Assembly (NCBI GenBank): GCA_022710715.1
Contig: JAKLGJ010000003.1
Coordinates: 89,083-153,082, forward strand
Length of the DNA stretch: 64,000 nt
Source: Candidatus Omnitrophota bacterium
Lineage (GTDB): Bacteria; Omnitrophota; Gorgyraeia; Gygaellales; Profunditerraquicolaceae
Direction: 5' to 3'
The position numbers and the translations under genes are program-made. A model generated the notes under the pieces. The model was given only the letters and a program-made list of their open reading frames with translations. It ran no database searches and was not told the origin of the DNA. Below are positions 1 to 8,628 of the stretch, piece by piece (position 1 is the first letter of the stretch; every line of letters starts with the position of its first letter).

Positions 1-48
1 GTATTTCTGTGCATAATTTTCAAATAATGCTTCGTACCATTGTTTCAT
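1..48 (-). CDS. N-terminal 16 codons of a gene running off the left edge (MKQWYEALFENYAQKY...). The motif is reminiscent of SAM-dependent methyltransferase N-termini. Product uncertain.
   Basis: ATG on the minus strand at 48-46. An RBS-like AGGAAAGGA sits about 8 nt upstream at plus 55-63. The reading frame stays open to the window edge. Confidence 0.3.
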   Translation of the reverse strand, partial: MKQWYEALFENYAQKY

Positions 49-124
49 CTGCTATCCTTTCCTCTGACTATTTTCCCGGGACGTTTTGCCCGTTCTTCAC
101 CCACCCATTATTCGCAAAAACCCC

Positions 125-466
125 TTAACCCTCCCCTTTGTGCCGGTATTTGATCACCCGGACCTTCTCGAGAGTGATCAACCCCTCTTCGACCACCTCG
201 TCCAGGAACGGCAGCAGGGCAGTGAGTTTCTCTTCCGTATCCACGATTTCAATGACTACCGGCAGGTCTTCGGACAAACGCAACAGTTTTGCCGTATGCA
301 TCCGGCTGTCCGCGCCGAAACCCATGATCCCCCGAACGACCGTCGCGCCGGCCAGATTCAGTTCCCTGGCTTTAAGCACGATCTGCTCGTAGAGCGCTTT
401 GCCTTTATAGTGATCCGTCTCGCCGACAAAAATTCTCAACAACATGCCATCCTGCGGCAGGTTCAT
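125..466 (-). CDS. DUF190-family small protein (PII-like fold), the usual partner of CrcB fluoride channels
   Basis: 113 aa with typical DUF190 size and composition (RIFVGETDHYKGKALYEQIV..GATVVRGIMGFG). It lies immediately downstream of crcB in the same operon. Confidence 0.75.
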   Translation of the reverse strand: MNLPQDGMLLRIFVGETDHYKGKALYEQIVLKARELNLAGATVVRGIMGFGADSRMHTAKLLRLSEDLPVVIEIVDTEEKLTALLPFLDEVVEEGLITLEKVRVIKYRHKGEG

Positions 467-474
467 GAATCCTC

Positions 475-864
475 CTATTTATACAAACCGATCGCCAGCC
501 GTGCCAGTCCATACCCGACGAACACCAATCCGATACCCAGGACATTCGACAGAACGATATTCAAAAGCGCGATGCCGCGCTCGCTGTCCCTGATCAGATT
601 GAAATTCTCCAGAGCGAAAGTGGAGAATGTGGTAAACCCGCCCAGTATCCCGATAAAGATACCCATCTTGATATTCGAAGACACAGCCGCCCCTTCGAAC
701 AATCCCCAGAGAAACCCGATCGCCAGCGAACCGGAGAGATTCACCACCAGCGTACCGACCGGAAATACTCCGCCGGAAAACTTATAGTCGAGACCGGAGA
801 CGAAGTATCTGACCATCGATCCGAGCGCCCCGCCCAGGCCTATATAAAGAAGTTTTATCGTCAT
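475..864 (-). CDS. crcB: CrcB/Fluc fluoride ion channel
   Basis: 129 aa, four predicted TM helices. It has the CrcB-type motifs (GGALGSMVRY, GTLVVNLSGSLAIGF, GILGGFTTFSTF). It overlaps the upstream antiporter gene by 4 nt. Confidence 0.85.
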   Translation of the reverse strand: MTIKLLYIGLGGALGSMVRYFVSGLDYKFSGGVFPVGTLVVNLSGSLAIGFLWGLFEGAAVSSNIKMGIFIGILGGFTTFSTFALENFNLIRDSERGIALLNIVLSNVLGIGLVFVGYGLARLAIGLYK

Positions 865-2342
865 TTCTGCTCCGCATCGCTGCGCAGTACCGCCAGATTT
901 TTCTGCAATTCTTTGATATCGGGCTCATCGGCAAGCACCAGAAAAACATCGCCGCCTTCGATAACCGTCGAACCGTTAGGAACGATGAATTTTTCCCCGC
1001 GGGAAATGAGCACTACCAGCGCTTTCTGCGGAATCTTCAAATCGGCGATCTTCTTGCCTGCCGCATCCGAATCGAACGGGACGATCAGATCGGTCAGGGA
1101 AGCATCTATCCCTTTCATCTGCTCGAATTCGAGCGGATAACGCCTGCGCGCTCCCAGAGGCGCATTGACGCCGAGCAGCCTGGACACCATCGGAATGGAG
1201 GTGCCCTGAATGAGTACGGACGCCACGACCACGAAAAATACCACATTGAAAATCAAATGCGCCTGGGGTATGCCCGCCAGAAGCGGGAACGTCGCCAGGA
1301 TGACCGGCACCGCGCCGCGCAATCCCACCCAGGCGATCATCACCTTTTCCGGAAAACGGAAGTTGAACGGCAACAGGCAGACAAATATGCTCAACGGCCG
1401 GGCCAGAAATATCAGTATAACGGCGATAAGCAACCCGCTACCAACCACCGGAACGATCTGCGATGGAAAGACCAGCAAACCGAGAGTCAGAAACATGGTG
1501 ATCTGCATCAGCCAGGCCATGCCTTCGTGGAAACGGATGAGCGACCGTTTCTGCACGAACTCTTCCCTGCTCATCATCAAACCCAGAACATACACCGCCA
1601 GAAAACCGTTGCCCCGGGTCAGGGTGGTCAGGGAATAGGTCAACAGGACCAGGGCGATGGTCAAAACCGGGTATAATCCTTCGTATTCCAGCTTGATCCG
1701 GTTGACCAACTCGACGCACAACCGGGACATCGCATACCCTAAGAGCAGCCCGATGCCCATATCGAGGACGAATAGCGGCAGCAACTGCAGGAACGACGAT
1801 CCGCTGCGGGTAATGATCCCCAGAAAACCAAGGGTCAGAAAAACCGCCATAGGATCATTGCTTCCCGATTCCAGCTCCAGAAGCGGCTTCAGATGCCCCT
1901 TCAGGGATATCTTTCTTAACCGCAGCACGCTGAACACCGCCGCGACATCGGTGGAAGAAACGATAGCGCCCAGCAACAATCCTTCGGCCAGGGAGAATTT
2001 GAATATACCCATGGCGCATACGCCAACGATCAAAGCCGTCATTACCACTCCGGCAGTAGATAAGATCAACCCGGGGAGCAAAAGCGGCTTGACCGTTTTC
2101 CAGGTCGTGTCCAGGCCTCCGGAGAAAATAATGAAAATGAGCGCTACGACGCCGATGGATTTGGCGATACGGTAATTATCGAAATAGATCCCGCCCAGGC
2201 CTTCGGAGCCGGCCAGCATGCCGATGGTTAAAAACAGCAGGAACGCGGGAACGGCAAAGCGGTCGGAGAGCTTGCTCGAAACTATGCTCAACAACGCCAG
2301 CACTGCGATCCAGAGTAAAATCACTTCGATGGTAATAGGCAT
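861..2342 (-). CDS. CPA1-family monovalent cation/H+ antiporter (NhaP2/CvrA-like) with a C-terminal TrkA-C (RCK_C) domain
   Basis: 493 aa. A polytopic membrane N-terminal region is followed by a soluble C-terminal segment (ALVVLISRGEKFIVPNGSTVIEGGDVFLVLADEPD) typical of TrkA-C. Such antiporters commonly accompany crcB in fluoride-resistance operons. Confidence 0.8.
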   Translation of the reverse strand: MPITIEVILLWIAVLALLSIVSSKLSDRFAVPAFLLFLTIGMLAGSEGLGGIYFDNYRIAKSIGVVALIFIIFSGGLDTTWKTVKPLLLPGLILSTAGVVMTALIVGVCAMGIFKFSLAEGLLLGAIVSSTDVAAVFSVLRLRKISLKGHLKPLLELESGSNDPMAVFLTLGFLGIITRSGSSFLQLLPLFVLDMGIGLLLGYAMSRLCVELVNRIKLEYEGLYPVLTIALVLLTYSLTTLTRGNGFLAVYVLGLMMSREEFVQKRSLIRFHEGMAWLMQITMFLTLGLLVFPSQIVPVVGSGLLIAVILIFLARPLSIFVCLLPFNFRFPEKVMIAWVGLRGAVPVILATFPLLAGIPQAHLIFNVVFFVVVASVLIQGTSIPMVSRLLGVNAPLGARRRYPLEFEQMKGIDASLTDLIVPFDSDAAGKKIADLKIPQKALVVLISRGEKFIVPNGSTVIEGGDVFLVLADEPDIKELQKNLAVLRSDAEQK

Positions 2343-2344
2343 TA

Positions 2345-3118
2345 TTAGAGTAGTATCAGGCTTACGGCCATGATCGCCATACCGGCGAATACGCCGGCAA
2401 TAGCGATGTGATTGCCTTCCCCGCTGGATAAAGGCAACAGTTCGTCAAAACTGATGAAAACCATGATCCCCGCGACAAATGCCAGTGAAAAAGACAGAAA
2501 CACGACGGTCAGAAACGGCATCAGCAACAAAATGGCCAGAACCGCGCCTGCCGGTTCGGCAAAACCCGCAAGAAAAGAATACCAGAAGGCTTTTTTGCGG
2601 CTTTTGGTGGCATAATAAATGGGCATGGCTACGGAAATGCCTTCCGGGATGTTATGTAACGCTATGGCGATGGCCAGAGCGATGCCCAGCTTCAAATCAA
2701 CCATAGCGCTCATGAATACCGCCACGCCTTCGGGAAAATTATGAATGCCGATGCCGATGGCGGTGAAAATACCGGCGGCCATGAGTTTTTTGTCATGCGT
2801 GTCCTTATGTATCCTCTCTTCGATATACTCATGCGGAACCAGGAAATCGATGAGCATCATCAGGAGAATACCGGCGAAAAAAGCGACCTGCCCTTTCAGA
2901 AAACCTATGGTGCGAATGGAAGCGGGCAAGAGCTCAACCAGAGAAACATACACCATGACCCCGCAGGATACCCCCAGAAAAAACCGCAGGTAACTTTTCT
3001 TGAAATCGCTGATAAAGAAAGTCAGCAAGCTGCCGATCACCGTAAAAATACCCGCGAGAAAACTAAGCAGCAACGGCATCACAACCTTGCACGTAATCAT
3101 AATGGACCCCTTGGTCAA
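2345..3118 (-). CDS. zupT: ZIP-family zinc transporter ZupT
   Basis: 257 aa membrane protein. It has the ZIP signature histidines (HNFPEGVAVF, ALHNIPEGISVAM). Its stop is 3 nt from the start of the antiporter gene. Confidence 0.8.
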   Translation of the reverse strand: MTKGSIMITCKVVMPLLLSFLAGIFTVIGSLLTFFISDFKKSYLRFFLGVSCGVMVYVSLVELLPASIRTIGFLKGQVAFFAGILLMMLIDFLVPHEYIEERIHKDTHDKKLMAAGIFTAIGIGIHNFPEGVAVFMSAMVDLKLGIALAIAIALHNIPEGISVAMPIYYATKSRKKAFWYSFLAGFAEPAGAVLAILLLMPFLTVVFLSFSLAFVAGIMVFISFDELLPLSSGEGNHIAIAGVFAGMAIMAVSLILL

Positions 3119-3125
3119 TTCACGG

Positions 3126-3455
3126 TTACTTACTCTCCACTGCCTGACCGACAGGAAGTATCGCCACTATTTCCGATAACTGGATATACCCTTTGTCCGG
3201 CTTAAAATCCGTGGTGTATACCACCAGAAACGGCAAACCCTGTATCGAGGTGATCTCCAGGACTTTCACATTCTTGACCAGGCGCAGCCGCTCCTCGCCG
3301 CCGTAAAAATACACGTCATAGCGGGTATCGGCGTTAAAAGGAACCGACTCTTTGTCCGAAGCCGCTCTGCCGGTAGAGATCAAACCCAGAACTACCGTCG
3401 CGGCAAAAACCATGCTGATCAGCAAACTTATTTTTGTGCTCATGGCCTTTTGCAT
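3126..3455 (-). CDS. Small secreted hypothetical protein (109 aa) with an N-terminal signal peptide
   Basis: An N-terminal hydrophobic segment (KISLLISMVFAATVVLGLISTGRAAS) is followed by a soluble beta-rich region. I recognise no family. Confidence 0.45.
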   Translation of the reverse strand: MQKAMSTKISLLISMVFAATVVLGLISTGRAASDKESVPFNADTRYDVYFYGGEERLRLVKNVKVLEITSIQGLPFLVVYTTDFKPDKGYIQLSEIVAILPVGQAVESK

Positions 3456-3486
3456 CTTCCCCCCTTTTTCCTGACAGAAGGCGTTT

Positions 3487-4266
3487 CTACCGCAATTCTT
3501 CTTTCAAAATATAATAGAACGCTTCCCGCGCCTGGCGCTCGATCCAGGGCTTGTGTCCGCACGACTCAAGCTGGATAAACCGGAAATCCTGCACAACCGC
3601 AGTTAAGGGTTTATTCACCCCTTCAGCCGGATGCGGATCATGCTCTCCGTGTATAGCCACGACCGGACACTTGATCCGGCCGGCCAAACGCAGCAGCTCT
3701 CCGCTGGAACGCAACCGGTCCGCCTGCGGCCAGACGCTTTGAAAAATATCTTCCCGGAAATCCACGCTCGTTCCTTCTTCCGGTAAAGGATCGAAGGCAT
3801 CGGTCCGGGAGAACAGGGCGCCGAAACGCGCGAATGCCGAATTTCTGTCCTCGGCCCTTCCCTTATTCAGGATCACCATCAGTTCATCCGCTTCCGCCCG
3901 CTGGCGTTGATCCAGGCGCTTGAGCCGCGTATCCATGATCCGGACGGCATACCGTTCCTCGAACGGTCCGCTGCTCACCAGAATAAGTTTCCTGACGCAT
4001 TGGGGATTCCGCTCGGCGAGCAAACAACTCAACCACGCTCCCCAGGAAAAACCCACCAGGATGGCCGGCAGACTCGCCTGCGCCTGCAGGGTATCGCGTA
4101 ACTCTTCGATCTGCGCTTCTACCGAACACGCGGTCTGCAGCGGCTCTAACACACCCCGCTCCCCGGAAAGTTCCCGCGCGACCGCGGACATCTCGCCCGC
4201 CGCTCCCGGCCCTCCGTGAATGACTGCTACAGAATAAGGAGCATCACCGTATGTTCGCGCCGGCAT
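3487..4266 (-). CDS. Alpha/beta-hydrolase fold protein, serine hydrolase
   Basis: 259 aa. It has an HGGPG oxyanion region, a GFSWGAW nucleophile elbow (GxSxG) and a C-terminal His (CGHKPW). Confidence 0.7.
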   Translation of the reverse strand: MPARTYGDAPYSVAVIHGGPGAAGEMSAVARELSGERGVLEPLQTACSVEAQIEELRDTLQAQASLPAILVGFSWGAWLSCLLAERNPQCVRKLILVSSGPFEERYAVRIMDTRLKRLDQRQRAEADELMVILNKGRAEDRNSAFARFGALFSRTDAFDPLPEEGTSVDFREDIFQSVWPQADRLRSSGELLRLAGRIKCPVVAIHGEHDPHPAEGVNKPLTAVVQDFRFIQLESCGHKPWIERQAREAFYYILKEELR

Positions 4267-4270
4267 GGCT

Positions 4271-4939
4271 TCACGCTCCTGCTTTCCGCTTGCGTTTTTT
4301 TATGAATTCAACGATCAAATCAGCGCTTCCCAGAAGGAAAGCAATGATCAGCCAGACCACAATCTTCGCATCGATCTTTTCCCGTTCCACTAAAAGCTCA
4401 TCTTTCATGTGGAAGGCGATAGCCAGAAAGACCATCCAGATGATCAGTTTATATTCCTGGCTTTTATACCAGCGTTTGAAACTGAATCGCCATTTATCTC
4501 CCTTGCGATAAGGAAAGATAGCGGGAAGAAAAGCCGGGACTTTCTTCTTGTAATCCAGATAGGAATGCTGGAACTTGTCTTCGAGCATCCGCTCTTCTTT
4601 TTTCATCGTGCGGGTATAGGCGATGACAAACATGACGAAAAACACCGGGCCTATCCAGTACAATTTAAGCATCAGGATAAAACCGGCCAAGAGAAGCATT
4701 GTGCCCAGGTACAACGGATGCCGCACAAAAGCGTACGGGCCCGAAGTGGTCAATTTCTCCAGTTTGATGGCGTAGCCGTTAGCCCAGCTGCGCACAAGCA
4801 GCCCTGCGATAATGAAAACTATCCCGACGTTCATCGACCGTTCGCTGGATTCGGCAAAGATCACCGCCAGAACGCCGAACGGATAGAGAATGGCAAAACG
4901 CAACTTGAAGAACCGCTTCAACCGATTTGAAACATTCAT
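4271..4939 (-). CDS. Isoprenylcysteine carboxyl methyltransferase (ICMT/PEMT) family membrane methyltransferase
   Basis: 222 aa polytopic protein with the family signature VRHPLYLG and a downstream EE..L motif. Confidence 0.65.
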   Translation of the reverse strand: MNVSNRLKRFFKLRFAILYPFGVLAVIFAESSERSMNVGIVFIIAGLLVRSWANGYAIKLEKLTTSGPYAFVRHPLYLGTMLLLAGFILMLKLYWIGPVFFVMFVIAYTRTMKKEERMLEDKFQHSYLDYKKKVPAFLPAIFPYRKGDKWRFSFKRWYKSQEYKLIIWMVFLAIAFHMKDELLVEREKIDAKIVVWLIIAFLLGSADLIVEFIKKRKRKAGA

Positions 4940-5580
4940 AGGTTCTCCTCTTTGGCCGGGAACGAAAAAACGAAATAGATGGCGATGAGAAAATACAACG
5001 CCAGGGAAATATACGTGTGCACCCAGGCCATAGCCGCGGCGATGGTGTAGCTGACCGGACCGAACAGGAACGCGAAAAGTATCCCTTTGCGATACCGCTT
5101 AAGCGAAATGTTCTCTTTGAGCAAAGACCGGTGCTTAAGACCATAGAGCCTGGCCGCGACGAACGCCGTTCCCGTAACCGCCATCACCAGACCATAGAAA
5201 GCGACGGCCAGCGGATTATGCGGATAATCCCCCAACAGCGCGGTGGGAAACGGCACAAAACAAACCCACAAGAGCATATTCACATTCATCCAGAAAAGCC
5301 CGATATTGATCCCTTTGAACATCTCGAAAAGCCGGTGATGATTCATCCATACGATGCACAACGTCAGAAAACTGATCACCCAGCTGACGAATTTCGGCAT
5401 CAGCAGCATGATCGAACGCAAAAGCTGCCCGGCGGAATCCGCATGTTCGATATGGGGGACCTTGATCTCCAGGATCAACAGCGTCACGATGATCGCAAAA
5501 ACTCCGTCGCTAAAAGCCTCCACGCGGCTCTTGGTGAACACGCCGTATTTGAATAGTTTTCCCATATGTTCCTCGGTCAC
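4936..5580 (-). CDS. TMEM175/DUF1211-family membrane protein, a putative K+ channel
   Basis: 214 aa. The N-terminal motif RVEAFSDGVFAIIVTLLILEI matches the RxxxFSDGVFAIxxTLL signature of TMEM175 channels. Six predicted TM segments. Confidence 0.7.
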   Translation of the reverse strand: MTEEHMGKLFKYGVFTKSRVEAFSDGVFAIIVTLLILEIKVPHIEHADSAGQLLRSIMLLMPKFVSWVISFLTLCIVWMNHHRLFEMFKGINIGLFWMNVNMLLWVCFVPFPTALLGDYPHNPLAVAFYGLVMAVTGTAFVAARLYGLKHRSLLKENISLKRYRKGILFAFLFGPVSYTIAAAMAWVHTYISLALYFLIAIYFVFSFPAKEENL

Positions 5581-5900
5581 AGTTGCTCTCCTTCCTGAAA
5601 AGTCCGCACCAATTTTTCCTTGCGCCGGCGCGTCAACCGTTTAATCGCTCGTTCCGCAAGGATCGCCGGCTTGAAATAAGCGAACCTTTTCGCGTAAACC
5701 AGCTCTACCGGCCCTTTGCCTTTCAAATACCTGGCGCCGCGGCCGCTATTATGCAGCTTGATGCGTTGTTCCAGGTCTTTGGTGCTTCCGGTATAATACG
5801 CGCCGCTTGCGCAACGCACGATATAAACGTAAAAACCGCCGGTTTTCTTAAAAGGCTTGCGAACCCTTGTTTGTTTTCGGCCGGGTGCGGTCATACTCAA
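5577..5900 (-). CDS. GIY-YIG nuclease-superfamily small protein
   Basis: GIY-YIG-like motifs GFYVYIVRC...YYTGSTKDLEQRIKLHN. The true start may be an internal Met. Confidence 0.65.
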   Translation of the reverse strand: MSMTAPGRKQTRVRKPFKKTGGFYVYIVRCASGAYYTGSTKDLEQRIKLHNSGRGARYLKGKGPVELVYAKRFAYFKPAILAERAIKRLTRRRKEKLVRTFQEGEQL

Positions 5901-5918
5901 CCTGCGGGTTTGAAGTGG

Positions 5919-6329
5919 TTATTTCACCAGGGACTTTTCCAGCTTGAGAGCGAACGCGCGCGCTGCCTGCTGACCGCGGGCATCCGGTCGTCCGGCGCAG
6001 GTAAATTCGCCGATTATCCGGGCGCTTTTACGCGCCAGACGCCTGCGCAGCGCGGCATGCTTCAGCCAGCCGAAACCCCAGCCTCCGGTGGAAAAAATAA
6101 AAACTTTTTTCCCGGACAGCGCCAGCCGTTCGCTGCACTCAAGGATCGCCCGGTGATGGCGCCAGAAATGAATACCCGCGCCTAACCCGATAACGTCGGC
6201 TCGAGCGCAATCCGCCGGCAGAACTTCTGCTACAGCGCGCAATTGCGCATGCAACGATTCTGCAAGGGCGATTGCGATTTTTTCGGTATTTTTGAGGGGA
6301 CCGGAATGATAGACGATTAAGCTGTTCAT
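5919..6329 (-). CDS. Flavodoxin-like fold protein
   Basis: 136 aa. The N-terminal LIVYHSGPLKNTEKIA and the central IFSTGGWG are typical of flavodoxin-like proteins. Confidence 0.5.
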   Translation of the reverse strand: MNSLIVYHSGPLKNTEKIAIALAESLHAQLRAVAEVLPADCARADVIGLGAGIHFWRHHRAILECSERLALSGKKVFIFSTGGWGFGWLKHAALRRRLARKSARIIGEFTCAGRPDARGQQAARAFALKLEKSLVK

Positions 6330-6676
6330 AAATGTTGATAAAATTCCATCATCCGGGCAATGAGATCTCGGTGAGCGTCGTCAATCGCCAAGAATTCTAT
6401 CCGGGTATCGTAGGTGACTCCGTCGGCGCCAGGAGCAGACTCGACTACCCTGCCGATCAAACGCAACGGCTGCAACCGGGAAGGCCAGGGAACTTCCAGA
6501 ACCAGGCTTACTCCCCGCTGCAGTTTCCTTTCGGTGGTCAACAAAAATCCCCCGATGCTGGAATTCTTCGTCTGACCGGGCTTGAGATTCTCGATCACTC
6601 CCAGCACATGGTAATTAACCGGTATGCCGATTTCTTTGCGCGGGAACTGCCTGCGTTCCCGGTTTGAATAAGACAT
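6326..6676 (-). CDS. PilZ-domain (c-di-GMP-binding) protein
   Basis: It has RERRQFPR (RxxxR) and NSSIGG (D/NxSxGG) motifs. I prefer the start at the internal Met, which has an AGGGAG RBS 6 nt upstream. The longer ORF to 6730 would overlap the upstream gene by 44 nt. Confidence 0.6.
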   Translation of the reverse strand: MSYSNRERRQFPRKEIGIPVNYHVLGVIENLKPGQTKNSSIGGFLLTTERKLQRGVSLVLEVPWPSRLQPLRLIGRVVESAPGADGVTYDTRIEFLAIDDAHRDLIARMMEFYQHL

Positions 6677-6686
6677 CGTCCGCTCC

Positions 6687-7277
6687 CTAGGGAAGGTCGC
6701 CCCGCTTCTTGCGCAGATTATATTCCACAAATCCCGCCAGCACTTCCTGAATCCGGCTCGGCGGCGGCACTACGAAAAAATGCGACATGATCGCATGCGC
6801 CATCTCATGGCCAAGCACGGAAATGGAAATATCCGGATACGAAACGTAAATAGTGCTTTTTTCATGGTAATAAATCGCCCGCTCATTGAAATCCGTATTG
6901 AAAATCTGCTTGAACATCGCGCTTAAACTGGCCTGATCCGGCATGAGCCGGATAGTCCCGTGGAAACTGTACACATGGATATCCAGGACGTCGGAAATCT
7001 CCGTATAGAGACCGTCGATACTGTCCGCCAGGATAGTCTTTAAATCGTCGCCGGGCGTTCCCGCAGCCGGCTGTCCGAAAAGCAGGTATTCGAAATTAAG
7101 TTTGGTCAGTAACGCATAGGCGTCCATATCCCTTTCGCCGTAAACCGAAAAGTATTTGGATTCCACGATCAACTGCCCCCGGGCTTCCTGCGCGCACGCG
7201 TTCGCGGCGACGCACACCGCCCAGGCCAAACCGACTAAAAGTGTTGCGATTTTTCTCATCGGTCCTTTTGAGATCAA
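6687..7277 (-). CDS. Secreted protein with an HEXXH motif, a putative zinc-metallopeptidase-like protein
   Basis: An N-terminal signal peptide (KIATLLVGLAWAVCVAANACAQE). HEMAHAIMSH lies near the C-terminus. Confidence 0.45.
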   Translation of the reverse strand: MISKGPMRKIATLLVGLAWAVCVAANACAQEARGQLIVESKYFSVYGERDMDAYALLTKLNFEYLLFGQPAAGTPGDDLKTILADSIDGLYTEISDVLDIHVYSFHGTIRLMPDQASLSAMFKQIFNTDFNERAIYYHEKSTIYVSYPDISISVLGHEMAHAIMSHFFVVPPPSRIQEVLAGFVEYNLRKKRGDLP

Positions 7278-7846
7278 ATCTTGAAATAATTGAGCACTGC
7301 CTGGACATCCTCCAGGCGCCGGGAGAATTCAGGGCTGTCCTGGGGACCAACACAATAATTCTTATCCTTCAGGAAACCTTTCAGATCGTCGCAGCGTTCT
7401 TTCAATTCCGAATGCTTCTGACGCATGGTCAAACACATCATGCTCAAGGACTTGGCCAGATCTTTCAACTGATCCTTATCGCGGACGGTAAACGAGACAT
7501 TGAGATTTCCGCCGGTGAGCAAGTCGATCTCTTTTTTGATCCGGTAAAGCGGTCCGGCGATCTTATGCGACGTCAGCAGGGTCAGGAGGAATAAAACCAC
7601 GGACGAGACCAGCGTCACTCCCAGCAACGTCAGCATCACTACCGGCAGGATAAAATCCGAGGTGCGCTTGACCACCACGCGGGTGTTTTCGATAGCGACA
7701 GTGGTCGAATTCATCGAGAAGAACAGGATCAGCCCGCCGATCGCCAGCGAAGATAGAATGACTATCGTGCAGAACCGCAGGATGAACCGCGCCTGAAAAG
7801 CCCGGTCAATAAAGTACTTCCTACGTTTATTTGCGCTATTTGCCAT
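7274..7846 (-). CDS. Membrane protein with two TM helices and a HAMP-like domain
   Basis: TM1 is ILRFCTIVILSSLAIGGLILFF and TM2 is ILPVVMLTLLGVTLVSSVVLFLL. They are followed by a HAMP-like amphipathic segment (HKIAGPLYRIKKEIDLLTGGNLNV...). Confidence 0.45.
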   Translation of the reverse strand: MANSANKRRKYFIDRAFQARFILRFCTIVILSSLAIGGLILFFSMNSTTVAIENTRVVVKRTSDFILPVVMLTLLGVTLVSSVVLFLLTLLTSHKIAGPLYRIKKEIDLLTGGNLNVSFTVRDKDQLKDLAKSLSMMCLTMRQKHSELKERCDDLKGFLKDKNYCVGPQDSPEFSRRLEDVQAVLNYFKI

Positions 7847-7861
7847 GATGCTCCCTCCTGG

Positions 7862-8410
7862 TTACTGCTGCTCGGGCAGGTTCAACAGTTTATAATCGAT
7901 CTCAACAGCGGTCCTTTTCTTCAATTCATCTGTCCAGCGCTGCATAGCAAGCCGCTGTTTAACCTTAAAAAGCAGGATCTTGATCTGATCGTATACCTGG
8001 GCCAGCTCTTTATCGGGAAAATCTTTTTCCTTGTGCCGCAGATAATACTCCTCGATCTCCTTATCATCCACACGCACCCGCACAGAAACCTCGTTGACTT
8101 TACGGGCAAGCATCAGCTTCAAGAGAGATTGTTCCCAGAATAACTGCAGGTCCTGTAAAAATTGCGGGGCTTTATCCAGACCGAGCTGTTCAGCCTCGAT
8201 CAGGATGAGCTTGCGGGTGACATACGTGTCCAGGAACTCCTTGCGATCTGCACTCTGCCCCCGGGCTTTGCGGAAAGCCGAAAACGACTCATTGAATTCG
8301 GCGGCGGAAATCCCGATATCACCGATCTTTATCGCGGGTTTAGCCTTTTGCTCGCAGCCACAACAGGCTGCTACGACAATAGTTAACAAAACAACCGGCA
8401 ACCTTCTCAT
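7862..8410 (-). CDS. SurA N-terminal-domain-like periplasmic chaperone lipoprotein
   Basis: A lipoprotein signal (LLTIVVAACCGC) is followed by a helical chaperone-like region. It is the first gene of the minus-strand block. A TATAAT on the minus strand at 8449-8444 upstream is a plausible -10. Confidence 0.55.
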   Translation of the reverse strand: MRRLPVVLLTIVVAACCGCEQKAKPAIKIGDIGISAAEFNESFSAFRKARGQSADRKEFLDTYVTRKLILIEAEQLGLDKAPQFLQDLQLFWEQSLLKLMLARKVNEVSVRVRVDDKEIEEYYLRHKEKDFPDKELAQVYDQIKILLFKVKQRLAMQRWTDELKKRTAVEIDYKLLNLPEQQ

Positions 8411-8462
8411 AGGCCCTCCAGGTTAATATTTCTCTTTAGCAGTATTATACTCTTTAATCAAT

Positions 8463-8500
8463 AGAAAGCAAAAGAAAAAAAGGGGACGTTCCCCGGGGTA
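8463..8500 (-). repeat. Short GC-rich hairpin motif GGGGAACGTCCCC + GGGGTGGTACC. On the minus strand it is followed by a T7 tract. A second copy is at 16972-17003.
   Basis: I read a near-identical 31-nt string at 8478-8510 and 16972-17003 in the same orientation. It is a REP-like or terminator-like element. Confidence 0.5.
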
Positions 8501-8530
8501 CCACCCCTGCGATCCGCGAGCGTCCCTGGA

Positions 8531-8583
8531 TAAAAAAACATCCGGCAGTCTTGTTCTGCTGAACGAACAAAACTGCCGGACGC
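8531..8583 (-). terminator. Rho-independent terminator of tpsA
   Basis: On the minus strand the stem is CCGGCAGTTTTGTTC...GAACAAGACTGCCGG, followed by TGTTTTTTTA. It lies 45 nt after the tpsA stop. Confidence 0.7.
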
Positions 8584-8628
8584 GCTTATCTATCGTATGA
8601 ATGTCTGCGGCAAGCAGACACCTGCTCC

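Noticed and set aside
86-787. 233-aa plus-strand ORF overlapping DUF190 and crcB
   Set aside because: It is antisense to two well-supported minus-strand genes. It has a low-complexity Pro/Ser-rich translation and no RBS. It is a GC-rich frame artefact.
475-3486. Fluoride (crcB-motif) riboswitch upstream of the crcB operon
   Set aside because: No intergenic gap longer than about 31 nt exists between 125 and 5900. I could not see the conserved GGnGAUG...AACCGCC...CUGAUGA core by eye. An Rfam scan is needed to be sure.
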